Positions 38,035-47,625 of a DNA stretch of 64,000 bases are shown here, in pieces. The notes under the pieces were generated by a model that made no database searches, was not told the origin of the DNA, and saw only the letters and a list, made by a program, of their open reading frames with translations. The stretch lies in contig JAZQRH010000012.1 of assembly GCA_045629525.1 (NCBI GenBank), positions 24,023 to 88,022 of the forward strand, written 5' to 3'. Each line of letters opens with the position of its first letter. The stretch's first letter is position 1. A program made the translations under genes and the position numbers. This DNA comes from Pedobacter sp. Its GTDB lineage: Bacteria; Bacteroidota; Bacteroidia; Sphingobacteriales; Sphingobacteriaceae.

Positions 38035-38555
38035 TGTATAATAAGGTAGCTAGATATTGCTATATAACCTTGCTTATATTAGCTACGGGATGTTTTGTAT
38101 GGGCAAAGGAGTACGAAATCGCGGTGATCTCATTCTTCCTTTTGAGTTTGGTGATTTGGAGCCATTTTAAGCACAGTTCTGTTTTAGAAGCCTCCAAACA
38201 TTTTAAAAACTCAAACTACGAAAAAGCCGAAAAATTTTTGAACGAAGTTGATAAACCCGAACTGCTTGCAAAAAACAGAAGAGGGTTTTACGAGTTTATG
38301 AGGGCTAACATTGCACTAAAACGCGAAGATTTTGAAACCGCTGAACATCATTTTCAATTATCCAGTAGATATCCGTTAGGTGGACCAAATGATAAAGCCT
38401 ATGTATTGATTCATTTGGCTAATTTAGCACTCCGAAAAAAGGATGGAACCAGAGCTTTGGCATACGTAGAGAAAGCGAAGGAGTTAACAACATCAAGTAA
38501 AGCAAAAGAAATTATTAAAGTTATAGAGAAACAAGCCAAACCTTTGGCAAATTAA
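38034..38555 (+). CDS. Membrane-anchored TPR-like protein
   Basis: Two N-terminal TMs followed by helical TPR-like repeats (A...F..NYEKA..L; ANIAL...DF..AE.HF); TAATG coupling to the regulator. Confidence 0.75.
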   Translation: MYNKVARYCYITLLILATGCFVWAKEYEIAVISFFLLSLVIWSHFKHSSVLEASKHFKNSNYEKAEKFLNEVDKPELLAKNRRGFYEFMRANIALKREDFETAEHHFQLSSRYPLGGPNDKAYVLIHLANLALRKKDGTRALAYVEKAKELTTSSKAKEIIKVIEKQAKPLAN

Positions 38556-38558
38556 GAC

Positions 38559-39584
38559 ATGGAGAACAATTTATTTTTAGACGCAGCATTTTCTAAACAA
38601 ACAGAACGTCCACCGGTATGGATGATGAGACAGGCGGGGCGCTTTATGCCGCAGTACTGGGAAATTAAAAACAAGTATTCTTTCCTAGAAATGTGCAAAA
38701 CACCAGAAATTGCCGCGGATGTAACCATGTTGCCTGTAGATTTGTTAGGTATAGATGCCGCTATTTTATTCTCCGATATTTTAGTAACTGGAGAGGCTAT
38801 GGGTGGTGACTTGAGCTTTACACAGGGCGTTGGTCCTAAGTTTGCAAATCCGGTGCGCAACGAGGCAGATATTGATGATTTGGCTACAGATTGTTTGGAC
38901 CGTTTGCAGTATGTTGCAGATGCGATTAAGGTTATTCAGCAACGTTTAAATGGTAAAATTCCTTTAATTGGTTTTGCGGGTGCGCCTTTCACTGTAATGA
39001 GTTATCTGGTAGAAGGTGGTTCTTCTAAAGATTTTAAGTTAACCAAGCTGCTAATTCATAATCACCCTGCATTAGCGCACAAGTTGTTGTCAAAGATTGC
39101 AAAGGTAACTATCGATTATTTAAATCTTCAAATTGACGCTGGCGTGAATGCTTTGCAATTGTTTGATAGTTGGGCATTGGCTTTATCATGGGATGATTAT
39201 CAGGAATTCTCGCACAGATACAATGCAGAAATCATTGCTGGTTTAAATAGGACTAATATTCCGGTAATTTCTTTCTGTAAAGGTAGTTCAGTTTTTGCAC
39301 CAATTATGGCTACCGCTAAGCCAGATGTTGTTTCTATTGACTGGAATGCTGATTTATTAAACATTAAACAAGTTTTACCAGCAGGAATTGCTGTTCAAGG
39401 TAATTTAGATCCACATATTTTGTATGCAGATAAACCAGTAATCAAAGCACATATTCACAAGTTGTTTGAGCGCATGCGTGGCGAAAATGGCTTTATCTTC
39501 AACTTAGGTCATGGTATTATGCCAGATATTCCTTTCGACAATGTGAAATACGCCATTGATGTGGTAAAAGAATTTAAGTATTAA
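38559..39584 (+). CDS. hemE: Uroporphyrinogen decarboxylase
   Basis: PVWMMRQAGR, DAAILFSDIL, GFAGAPFT, FDSW, QGNLDP and FNLGHG. Confidence 0.97.
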   Translation: MENNLFLDAAFSKQTERPPVWMMRQAGRFMPQYWEIKNKYSFLEMCKTPEIAADVTMLPVDLLGIDAAILFSDILVTGEAMGGDLSFTQGVGPKFANPVRNEADIDDLATDCLDRLQYVADAIKVIQQRLNGKIPLIGFAGAPFTVMSYLVEGGSSKDFKLTKLLIHNHPALAHKLLSKIAKVTIDYLNLQIDAGVNALQLFDSWALALSWDDYQEFSHRYNAEIIAGLNRTNIPVISFCKGSSVFAPIMATAKPDVVSIDWNADLLNIKQVLPAGIAVQGNLDPHILYADKPVIKAHIHKLFERMRGENGFIFNLGHGIMPDIPFDNVKYAIDVVKEFKY

Positions 39585-39592
39585 CTATCTTT

Positions 39593-39616
39593 AATCCCCG
39601 ATAAGGGGATTTTTTT
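39593..39616 (+). terminator. Intrinsic terminator-like hairpin abutting the hemJ start codon
   Basis: AATCCCC-gataa-GGGGATT followed by TTTTT and then ATG at 39617. Confidence 0.6.
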
Positions 39617-40165
39617 ATGGAAGCATATTATCAGTATATATTAGCCGTACACATCGTTTTTATGGTAAGCTGGATGGCCGGTTTATTTTATAGCGTTCGT
39701 TTATTTATTTATCATACCGAAGCCGAAACTAAAACTGAGCCAGAGCGTAGCATTTTAAAGAGAGAGTACGCAAAAATTACCGCTCGTTTGTGGAGTATCA
39801 TCACTACACCTGCCATGATCTTAACCGTTGCAGCTGGCTGTTTAATGGTTGCCACTAGACCTTGGCTGTTGCAAATGCCTTGGTTTCATGTTAAATTAGG
39901 TTTCGTTGTGGCTCTATTGGCCTATCATTTCATTTGTCAAAGCATTATGAAGAAGTTGCGAAATGGAATTTTCAAAAACACTTCTACGCAATTACGTCTT
40001 TGGAATGAGGTAGCTACAGTTATTTTGGTGGCTATTGTATTTACGGTAATTTTAAAAACAGCTATCGATTGGTTGTACGGACTGATCGGATTATTAGTGT
40101 TTTCGGGAGTAATTATGTTTGCAGTAAAACTTTATAAGCGCTATCGCGAAAAAAATAATCTTTAA
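39617..40165 (+). CDS. hemJ: Protoporphyrinogen IX oxidase HemJ (CopD/UPF0093 family)
   Basis: A.HI.FMVSWMAGLFY..RLFIYH, I.TPAM, W.HVKL..V and NEV motifs. Confidence 0.92.
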   Translation: MEAYYQYILAVHIVFMVSWMAGLFYSVRLFIYHTEAETKTEPERSILKREYAKITARLWSIITTPAMILTVAAGCLMVATRPWLLQMPWFHVKLGFVVALLAYHFICQSIMKKLRNGIFKNTSTQLRLWNEVATVILVAIVFTVILKTAIDWLYGLIGLLVFSGVIMFAVKLYKRYREKNNL

Positions 40166-40180
40166 GTTGTGAAATGTCTT

Positions 40181-40188
40181 TACATTTG
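40181..40188 (+). promoter_or_regulatory. -7 element upstream of the outer-membrane protein gene
   Basis: TACATTTG, 38 nt before ATG 40227. Confidence 0.5.
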
Positions 40189-40226
40189 AAGAACAGCTGC
40201 CAAATATATAAGCCTTGCCATATTTG

Positions 40227-41363
40227 ATGAGAAGAAACTTTATTTTTCTGATATTATTTTTTGCCCTAATAATTGATGCGAAAGCACAGCTGGATAACGA
40301 CTATTTATTTCAAAAAATTCGACCAGCGGATAGTTTAACTAAACACGTGCAATTTGATATTGCCAGCTTCAACTATGTTAGAAATTATGAGTACACCAAC
40401 TGGTTTCATGACGGTTATACGCTTTATGGCACGCAACTAGAGCCAACTTTAACCTACTATGCACATCCAAACTTATCGATTACTGCGGGTGCAAATTTGC
40501 GTAAGGATTTTGGAGACCACCTTGGTATACGGGATAGTAAATTGTTGTTTAACATTAAGTACAGTAAAGAAGATTTAACCTTAGTATTTGGAAGCTTAGA
40601 GGGTAATATTCAACATCGTTATATCGAACCCATCTACAATTTTGAACGCAAAATTACCACGCCAATTGAGTATGGTACGCAGTTAATTATAGATAAAGAG
40701 GATTTTGACTTGGATGCCTGGATTGCTTGGCAGAAGATGATTTACAAGGGCGACGCCGCTAAAGAGGAAATTATTGGCGGCATGCATGGCGATGCGGTAT
40801 TTCTTGAAAATGATAGCTGGAGATTGTCTATTCCTGCGCAAATGTTAATGTATCACCAAGGGGGGCAAATAGACGTGCTGAACAATATCGGCGTAAGTAC
40901 TTTGTTTAATGGTGCCGTTGGTTTTGATTTAAGCAAGAACATTGGCGGTGCAGTTAAAAAAGTTTATACCAAAAATTATATGGTAGGATACAAGGACATG
41001 TCGCCTACAAAATTGCGACCTTATAATGGTGGATTTGGCGTATGGCTAAATGCCGGTTTAGATACAAAATGGGGCAACCTATCTGCATCTTACTGGAAGG
41101 CTAATCAGTTTATAACCATTAAAGGAATGCCTTTATATCAGTCGATCTCAGAAAATGTAAACCATATCGGTTATCAAGAAGATAAACGTAATTTATTGAT
41201 GCTGCGTTATCAATATCTGAGACAGTTGTTGCCGAACTTGTACCTCGACGTAAGGTTTGAGCCGCATTTCGACTTACACAAAGCCGACAAGCAATTACAA
41301 TTTAATCACTCGTTTTTCCTTACTTACAAAGAAAGCTTTAAGTTATTTAAGGTGAAAAAATAG
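40227..41363 (+). CDS. Hypothetical outer-membrane beta-barrel protein
   Basis: Signal peptide (AKA-Q), alternating aromatic beta-strand pattern, aromatic-rich C-terminal strand (FNHSFFLTY). Confidence 0.7.
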   Translation: MRRNFIFLILFFALIIDAKAQLDNDYLFQKIRPADSLTKHVQFDIASFNYVRNYEYTNWFHDGYTLYGTQLEPTLTYYAHPNLSITAGANLRKDFGDHLGIRDSKLLFNIKYSKEDLTLVFGSLEGNIQHRYIEPIYNFERKITTPIEYGTQLIIDKEDFDLDAWIAWQKMIYKGDAAKEEIIGGMHGDAVFLENDSWRLSIPAQMLMYHQGGQIDVLNNIGVSTLFNGAVGFDLSKNIGGAVKKVYTKNYMVGYKDMSPTKLRPYNGGFGVWLNAGLDTKWGNLSASYWKANQFITIKGMPLYQSISENVNHIGYQEDKRNLLMLRYQYLRQLLPNLYLDVRFEPHFDLHKADKQLQFNHSFFLTYKESFKLFKVKK

Positions 41364-41367
41364 TCCG

Positions 41368-42450
41368 CTACAATTTCGCTACGCCTATTTTTTCTGCCAA
41401 CGCGTTCAAATCATTAACCACAACATCAATGAGTGGAATACCTGCATTTTTACGTTCTTGTTCAAAGTTGTATTCAGGCTCTCCAGGGATAATTACATTT
41501 TGATCTGGGTTTACGGTTTTTGCGTTTTTAAAACGTTCTATCCAGTTATCCAGATGATCTTTGAACTCTTCAGTAGGGCGGAAGCCATCTACACGCATAG
41601 CGCCTAAAAAGTGCCCAATGCCTTCACCAACTGGATTCGGATCGGGCTCTAGAAAGGCCACGAATGGTGGCACCCATGGTCCATAATTTGCACCTGATAA
41701 AACAGCCGACAAAATATCAACTGTTGCTCCTAAACCGTAACCCTTGTGGCTACCGTGTTCTTTGTCACTGCCAAGCGGCAGTAACGAACCGCCAGTTTTT
41801 AACTCGTTGGGGTTATTAGAAGCCTTACCGTCTTTGGTTTGCACCCACCCCTCCGGAATTTCTTTTTCTGCTCTTTGCGCTATTTCTAACTTGCCATTAG
41901 CTGCCGCTGCAGTAGCCATATCCACAATTACTGGTGGATATTTTCCCGCCGGAAATGCATAACACATTGGGTTGGTACCTAACAATCGCTCGTTGGCGTA
42001 GGTTGGTGCAACCAATGGACTCGCATTGGTCATACTCACGCCGATCATGTCTTTTTCTACGGCCATTAAGGCATGGTAGCCCGCAATTCCGAAATGATTT
42101 GAGTTTTTTACGGAAACCCATCCGCTACCATATTTTTCTGCTTTTTCAATAGCAATCTTCATGGCGAATGGCGCTACCACCAAGCCCAAGCCTGCATCGC
42201 CATCAACAGTTGCGGTGGTGGGTGTTTCGTGCACTATCCTAATATCTGGCTTGGCATTTATTCTTTTTTTCTCCCAAAGGCGATAGTAGCCGCTTAAACG
42301 AGCAACACCATGCGAATCAATCCCACGTAGGTCAGATCTAATCAAAACATCAGTAGCTAAATTTGCATGTTCATCAGAACACCCCATCTTTTTAAAAACC
42401 GAAAAAGTAAAGGCGCTAAGTTTCTCTTCTGTAAACGTGATAAAGTTCAT
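41368..42450 (-). CDS. Type-2 malate/L-lactate dehydrogenase family (Ldh_2) oxidoreductase
   Basis: DLRGIDSHG..RL..Y, NSNHFG.AG.H, GTNP..AFP, DMAT, LLPLG..GSHKGYGL and IPGE. Confidence 0.92.
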   Translation of the reverse strand: MNFITFTEEKLSAFTFSVFKKMGCSDEHANLATDVLIRSDLRGIDSHGVARLSGYYRLWEKKRINAKPDIRIVHETPTTATVDGDAGLGLVVAPFAMKIAIEKAEKYGSGWVSVKNSNHFGIAGYHALMAVEKDMIGVSMTNASPLVAPTYANERLLGTNPMCYAFPAGKYPPVIVDMATAAAANGKLEIAQRAEKEIPEGWVQTKDGKASNNPNELKTGGSLLPLGSDKEHGSHKGYGLGATVDILSAVLSGANYGPWVPPFVAFLEPDPNPVGEGIGHFLGAMRVDGFRPTEEFKDHLDNWIERFKNAKTVNPDQNVIIPGEPEYNFEQERKNAGIPLIDVVVNDLNALAEKIGVAKL

Positions 42451-42488
42451 GACGTAATGTTAAGAATTGATAAGGTGTTTTAAATTAT

Positions 42489-44075
42489 TTATGCTAAAAT
42501 AAGGGTGAATTCTCCACCTAATGGTTGAAAATTTTCGATAAGCGAGGAGATAAAGTCGTCGCCATAATTTACATACATGGGGGCTAAATTCGTAACTCTT
42601 TCTTGTAAAGTACCACCAGGAAATAATCTGTTTTTTAAGTGTTCGATTTGAACAAGAGATACTTCGTGATTGCGTTTTTCGGCTCGGTAAAACTTCTTCT
42701 CCAAGTTCCGCAACAGTTTTTCGGTTTTTGTTAGTGCACCGTTTGTAGAAGCTTCTAGTGTCTTATCGATTTTGAAAGCATTCAGTTTTACCTTGTCAAA
42801 AATAGATTTAATATTGGCGATCTCGTCGGTTAGATGAGTTTCTGCTGTACTGTTATTCGCAATCCATTGATCTTGAAGCATCTGCGTAGATAAGAACATA
42901 TCTTCGAAAGAAAATCCTAATTTATTAAGGTTAATAAAACTACGTTGATCAATCACCAAAGCGGAGTTTCTAAGTAAAAGTACCGGGAAGCTTACCTTAT
43001 AATGGTCGAAATTTGCCTTTAATTGCATCCAATACGAAACTTCCGCACCACCACCGATATAGGCGATGTTAGGCAAGATAATTTCTTGGTAAAGCGGGCG
43101 CATAATTACATTCGGGCTAAACCTATCCGGATGTTGCCGAATTTCGTTGACTAACTCCTCTTCAGAGAAACGAAGTTCGGTGTGGTTAACGGCAAATACT
43201 TCGCCATCTTTTATAATTCGTTCACGAATATTATCCTTTAAGTAAAAGAAATTAATTTCTCTACCATTTACCTGCGATTTGTAGCCATTCTCTTCCAACA
43301 TTGTACTCGTCTGCTCGGTAAGTTTGGCACTATGTTGCGCTGTAATATCACTTTGGACATAAGGAGCAAATAAGGTTTTTAAGGATTTATCGTCGGCATT
43401 GATAATCACTAAGCCATACTGTTCAAATAAGCTGTTTACTAAAACCCTAGTGGCATCGGCTAAATTATCGTTTTCTAAATAGGCTTTCTCCACCAATTTA
43501 GCTAACTTTTTGCCGTTTTTACTGATCCCTAAATATCCTTTGTATGCCTGTACTGCTGCAGCAACAGTTTTGGTATTTAGACGCCCAGTAGCGCCATTAG
43601 TTTGTTGTATCCAGCTAATGTTTTTCTCATCAACGTTTACATGGTTAATCTCCTCAAAATCGTGATCTTCTGTAGCCATCCAATAGATAGGCACGAAGTT
43701 TTTTTCTGGGTAAGCAATTTTTAATTCGATAGCCAGATTAATGGTCGTTACAATCTTATAGATAAAATACAGAGGGCCGGTAAAGAGATTAAGTTGGTGT
43801 CCAGTGGTTACCGTGAAGGTGTTTTCTTGCGCTAGTAAATCAATATTTGAGGCAACAGCTTTATGTGTATTGATATAGCTGTATTGATCTTTTAAGGCTT
43901 GAACTAAAATCTTTCTATCACCTACAAAATTATGATTATCGATAGCTTGTTTCAAACCATTTAAATCGGGTCTGTAGCTGTAGAAAGATTTTAGAAACTC
44001 CTGATCATTTACATAGTCTAAAACCAGTTTAGAAAAGGAGTGAGTATCTTGATATGAGATGTATTTAGCCTTCAT
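42489..44075 (-). CDS. bshC: Bacillithiol biosynthesis cysteine ligase BshC
   Basis: TVTTGHQLNLFTGPLY.IYK, YWMATEDHDFEEI, FSPNV..RPLYQE, YIGGGAE..YW and LQER motifs. Confidence 0.95.
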   Translation of the reverse strand: MKAKYISYQDTHSFSKLVLDYVNDQEFLKSFYSYRPDLNGLKQAIDNHNFVGDRKILVQALKDQYSYINTHKAVASNIDLLAQENTFTVTTGHQLNLFTGPLYFIYKIVTTINLAIELKIAYPEKNFVPIYWMATEDHDFEEINHVNVDEKNISWIQQTNGATGRLNTKTVAAAVQAYKGYLGISKNGKKLAKLVEKAYLENDNLADATRVLVNSLFEQYGLVIINADDKSLKTLFAPYVQSDITAQHSAKLTEQTSTMLEENGYKSQVNGREINFFYLKDNIRERIIKDGEVFAVNHTELRFSEEELVNEIRQHPDRFSPNVIMRPLYQEIILPNIAYIGGGAEVSYWMQLKANFDHYKVSFPVLLLRNSALVIDQRSFINLNKLGFSFEDMFLSTQMLQDQWIANNSTAETHLTDEIANIKSIFDKVKLNAFKIDKTLEASTNGALTKTEKLLRNLEKKFYRAEKRNHEVSLVQIEHLKNRLFPGGTLQERVTNLAPMYVNYGDDFISSLIENFQPLGGEFTLILA

Positions 44076-44124
44076 GTTTTACGAATTTAAGTGAATTTGT
44101 TCAACATATTAAAGGCTGGTAAGG

Positions 44125-45456
44125 TTATTTTACAATTTGTCCATAAAGGTCGAAATCTTCGGCTCTGTCTACTTTTACGTTTACAAAGCTACCAACAGCA
44201 GCATAACCTGAGTTAGCATCAATTAATACTTCGTTGTCCACTTCTGGGCTATCGAACTCAGTACGTCCAATAAAAAAGTCGCCTTCTTTTCTATCGACTA
44301 ATACTTTGTAGGTTTTACCAACTTTTTCCTGATTAATGTCGTAAGATATGCCCTGTTGTAATTCCATGATCGCATCAACGCGTTCTTGTTTTACTTCTTC
44401 AGGTACATCATCCACTAAATCGTAAGCATGTGTTTTTTCCTCGTGAGAATAAGTAAAACAACCTAAGCGATCAAAACGAGTATCTTCTACCCATTGATAC
44501 ATTTCTTCGAAATCTTGTTGTGTTTCGCCTGGATAACCACAAATTAGTGTAGTACGCATAGCGATATTTGGCACTTTCGCTCTAATTTCGTTTACAATAT
44601 CAATGGTTTTTTGTTTAGTGATACCACGACGCATTGATTTTAGCATGCTATCCGTGATATGTTGCAAAGGCATATCTAAGTACTTGCAGATGTTTTCACG
44701 TTCGTTCATGGCATCTAAAATTTCCATTGGAAAACCAGAAGGGTAGGCGTATTGTAACCTGATCCACTCTATGCCTTTTACATCAGAAAGTCTACGGAGC
44801 AATTCATCTAAATTGCGTTTGCCGTATAAATCTAAACCGTAATAGGTTAAATCTTGTGCAATTAAAATTAACTCTTTAGTACCGTTAGCCGCTAAAATTT
44901 TTGCTTCGTTTACCAACTCGTTCATATCTCTAGAAACGTGTTTACCACGCATCAACGGAATGGCACAAAAAGAACATGGACGGTTACAACCTTCCGCAAT
45001 TTTGAAGTAAGCAAAGTGCGATGGCGTGGTCAACAAACGTTCGCCAATCAGCTCATGTTTATAATTTGCGCCAAGGGTTTGCAGTAAGTTCTGCAAATCA
45101 TTGGTGCCAAAAAAAGCATCAACGTTTGTGATTTCAGCTTCTAGATCTGGCTTATAGCGCTCGGAAAGGCAACCAGTAACAATTACTTTTCCAACTCGCC
45201 CTTGTTCCTTTAACTCGCTATATTGTAAAATGGTATCTATCGATTCTTGCTTAGCATTGTCAATAAAACCACAGGTATTAATTACTACAATATCATCTTT
45301 CCCTAACTTATTCGATTCATGCTCAACTTTAAGATTGTTGCCTTTTAATTGTCCCATGAGCACTTCACTGTCGTAAGTGTTTTTAGAACAACCTAGGGTA
45401 ATTACGTTAATCTTTGGCTGAACCAACTTTGTAGTATTTTTGTTTTTTGTAATCAT
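44125..45456 (-). CDS. rimO: Ribosomal protein S12 methylthiotransferase
   Basis: TLGCSKN..DSE, NTCGFI, KIAEGCNRPCSFC radical-SAM motif; C-terminal TRAM domain. Confidence 0.95.
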   Translation of the reverse strand: MITKNKNTTKLVQPKINVITLGCSKNTYDSEVLMGQLKGNNLKVEHESNKLGKDDIVVINTCGFIDNAKQESIDTILQYSELKEQGRVGKVIVTGCLSERYKPDLEAEITNVDAFFGTNDLQNLLQTLGANYKHELIGERLLTTPSHFAYFKIAEGCNRPCSFCAIPLMRGKHVSRDMNELVNEAKILAANGTKELILIAQDLTYYGLDLYGKRNLDELLRRLSDVKGIEWIRLQYAYPSGFPMEILDAMNERENICKYLDMPLQHITDSMLKSMRRGITKQKTIDIVNEIRAKVPNIAMRTTLICGYPGETQQDFEEMYQWVEDTRFDRLGCFTYSHEEKTHAYDLVDDVPEEVKQERVDAIMELQQGISYDINQEKVGKTYKVLVDRKEGDFFIGRTEFDSPEVDNEVLIDANSGYAAVGSFVNVKVDRAEDFDLYGQIVK

Positions 45457-45459
45457 TTG

Positions 45460-46422
45460 TTATTTGAACAGAGAGTTCACGAATTCCTTTTTATCGAACA
45501 ACTGTAAGTCGTCCATACTTTCTCCAACACCTATATATTTTACAGGAATTTTAAATTGATCAGAGATGCCAATCACCACGCCACCTTTAGCAGTACCATC
45601 TAATTTTGTGATGGCTAAAGCGTTTACGTCAGTAGCTTCGGTAAATTGCTTACATTGCTCAAAAGCGTTTTGGCCAGTAGAGCCATCTAATACGAGTAAA
45701 ATTTCATGAGGTGCATTAGGTACCACCTTTTGCATAACATTTTTAATTTTACCTAGCTCATTCATTAATCCTACTTTGTTATGCAAACGCCCCGCAGTGT
45801 CAATAATCACCACATCTTCTTTATTGGCAACGGCCGATTGGAGTGTGTCGAATGCTACCGAAGCTGGGTCTGAACCCATTGCTTGCGCTACTACCCGTAC
45901 ACCCACACGCTCGCCCCAAAGTTTAATTTGGTCTACAGCAGCGGCTCGGAAAGTATCGGCCGCACCAAGTACAACATTTAAACCTTCTTTTCGCAGTTTG
46001 TGCGCCAGTTTTCCAATGGTTGTAGTTTTACCAACGCCATTTACACCCACCACCATAATTACATAAGGTTTATGGTCGCCGTATTCAAAATTTCTAAAAT
46101 CATTGCTATTGTTCTCCGCTAATAAAAGTTGAATTTCTTCTTTTAATAGTTGATTAAGTTCTGAAGTTGAAAGGTATTTGTCTTTGGCAACACGCTCCTG
46201 AATTCTGTCGATGATTTTTAAGGTAGTGGTAACACCCACATCAGAAGTGACTAGCACTTCTTCTAAGTTATCTAAAACATCATCATCAATCGTAGATTTT
46301 CCAGCTACAGCTTTAGTTAATTTGCTAAAGAAACCCTCTTTGGTTTTTTCTAAGCCTTTGTCTAACGCTTCCTGAGCTTCAGGTGCGGTTTCTTTCTTTT
46401 TAAAAAAATCGAATAAACCCAT
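45460..46422 (-). CDS. ftsY: SRP receptor FtsY
   Basis: GVNGVGKTTTIGKLA, DTFRAAA, DTAGRLH and TKLDGTAKGG. Confidence 0.97.
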   Translation of the reverse strand: MGLFDFFKKKETAPEAQEALDKGLEKTKEGFFSKLTKAVAGKSTIDDDVLDNLEEVLVTSDVGVTTTLKIIDRIQERVAKDKYLSTSELNQLLKEEIQLLLAENNSNDFRNFEYGDHKPYVIMVVGVNGVGKTTTIGKLAHKLRKEGLNVVLGAADTFRAAAVDQIKLWGERVGVRVVAQAMGSDPASVAFDTLQSAVANKEDVVIIDTAGRLHNKVGLMNELGKIKNVMQKVVPNAPHEILLVLDGSTGQNAFEQCKQFTEATDVNALAITKLDGTAKGGVVIGISDQFKIPVKYIGVGESMDDLQLFDKKEFVNSLFK

Positions 46423-46492
46423 ATTTCATCTATTAATTATTGCTTTTTAAGGCTGATGAGAACTTTCCCAGAATAAATTGGGATCGGTTTTT

Positions 46493-46528
46493 AAAATAAA
46501 AAAAGCCCTTCCGTTAGTACGGAACGGC
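46493..46528 (-). terminator. Terminator after the r-protein genes (upstream of ftsY)
   Basis: GCCCTTCCGT/ACGGAACGGC stem with an A-tract on its left. Confidence 0.6.
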
Positions 46529-46551
46529 TCTTAAGCTATTCTTAAATATTG

Positions 46552-46716
46552 TTATTTGCTGTTTGCAGCAGCAATAGCATCTTTTACGTGATCGTTGTGA
46601 ACGATAGCTTCTTTAAATGAATAAGCACCAGTTTTTGGAGACTTAACCATCGTAATTACTTTTGAATATTCTTTGCCTGTACCTGTTTTAAGGGTTGCAA
46701 CTACTTTTTTTGCCAT
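46552..46716 (-). CDS. DUF4295 protein = Bacteroidota-specific ribosomal protein bL38 (54 aa; missing from ORF track)
   Basis: Manual translation MAKKVVATLKTGTGKEYSKVITMVKSPKTGAYSFKEAIVHNDHVKDAIAAANSK; located after rpmG as in the Bacteroidota rpmB-rpmG operon. Confidence 0.9.
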   Translation of the reverse strand: MAKKVVATLKTGTGKEYSKVITMVKSPKTGAYSFKEAIVHNDHVKDAIAAANSK

Positions 46717-46794
46717 GTTTGTATAAATTTAACGACTGACTGATGATTTTTTACTTGAATTCACATCCAACAACCCAATCAATCTACCTTCAAC

Positions 46795-46977
46795 TTATTT
46801 TATCTCTTTGTGTACGGTTACTTTCTTTAAAACCGGGTTGTATTTTTTCAACTCTAAACGCTCTGTAGTGTTTTTACGGTTTTTTGTAGAGATATATCTA
46901 GACATACCAGGCATACCACTAGTTTTATGCTCTGTGCACTCTAAAATAACTTGTACTCTGTTACCTTTTTTTGCCAT
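46795..46977 (-). CDS. rpmG: 50S ribosomal protein L33
   Basis: [35 protein letters not shown]. Confidence 0.97.
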   Translation of the reverse strand: MAKKGNRVQVILECTEHKTSGMPGMSRYISTKNRKNTTERLELKKYNPVLKKVTVHKEIK

Positions 46978-47016
46978 TTCTTTATTCTTTTTATACCGAT
47001 TAGGTAATTCCTTCTA

Positions 47017-47250
47017 TTACAAATATCCTTTTTTCATGAAACGATTGATCGCTTCAGTAACACCAATTTTATTGATAGTTTTGATAGCCGAAGTAGATAC
47101 TTTTAGCGTAATCCAACGATCTTCTTCAGGGATATAAAATTTCTGAAGTTGTAGGTTTGGATAAAACTTACGTTTAGTTTTAACGTTTGAGTGAGAAACG
47201 TTATGTCCCTTCATCGCAGTTTTTCCAGTTAAATCACAAATTCTTGACAT
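47017..47250 (-). CDS. rpmB: 50S ribosomal protein L28
   Basis: [10 protein letters not shown]....[18 protein letters not shown]. Confidence 0.97.
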   Translation of the reverse strand: MSRICDLTGKTAMKGHNVSHSNVKTKRKFYPNLQLQKFYIPEEDRWITLKVSTSAIKTINKIGVTEAINRFMKKGYL

Positions 47251-47625
47251 GACTTTATTTTGTTATTTGTTATTCGTCGCTTAATTCTTTTTAAGAGCCT
47301 GCAAATATCTGAAAAAAAAATCAAAACATCAAGAGTAGTTGTAGAAATATTTTGAGATATTTTATCTGTCAATATTCTAAACAATACTGAGCTTATTTTT
47401 CTTCTGCAGCTTGCTTGCTTGGCAAAGGTATATAAAATTAGCCATTTAAAAGCCATAATACCACGATTTTAATTCTGTTTTGATTTACTATAAATCTTAA
47501 AGAAATGTGTGTGTATAAGTTGAATTTATATATATATTCTTGGTAACATTGATGCAACTAGGATTCAAAAATCATATTTATTTGCTTAAATTAGCCTCAA
47601 CTTAAACAATAACCGATTATAAAAT

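Noticed and set aside
47229-47456. 75-aa minus ORF upstream of rpmB
   Set aside because: It overlaps the rpmB start and promoter region and has no motif or plausible initiation context.
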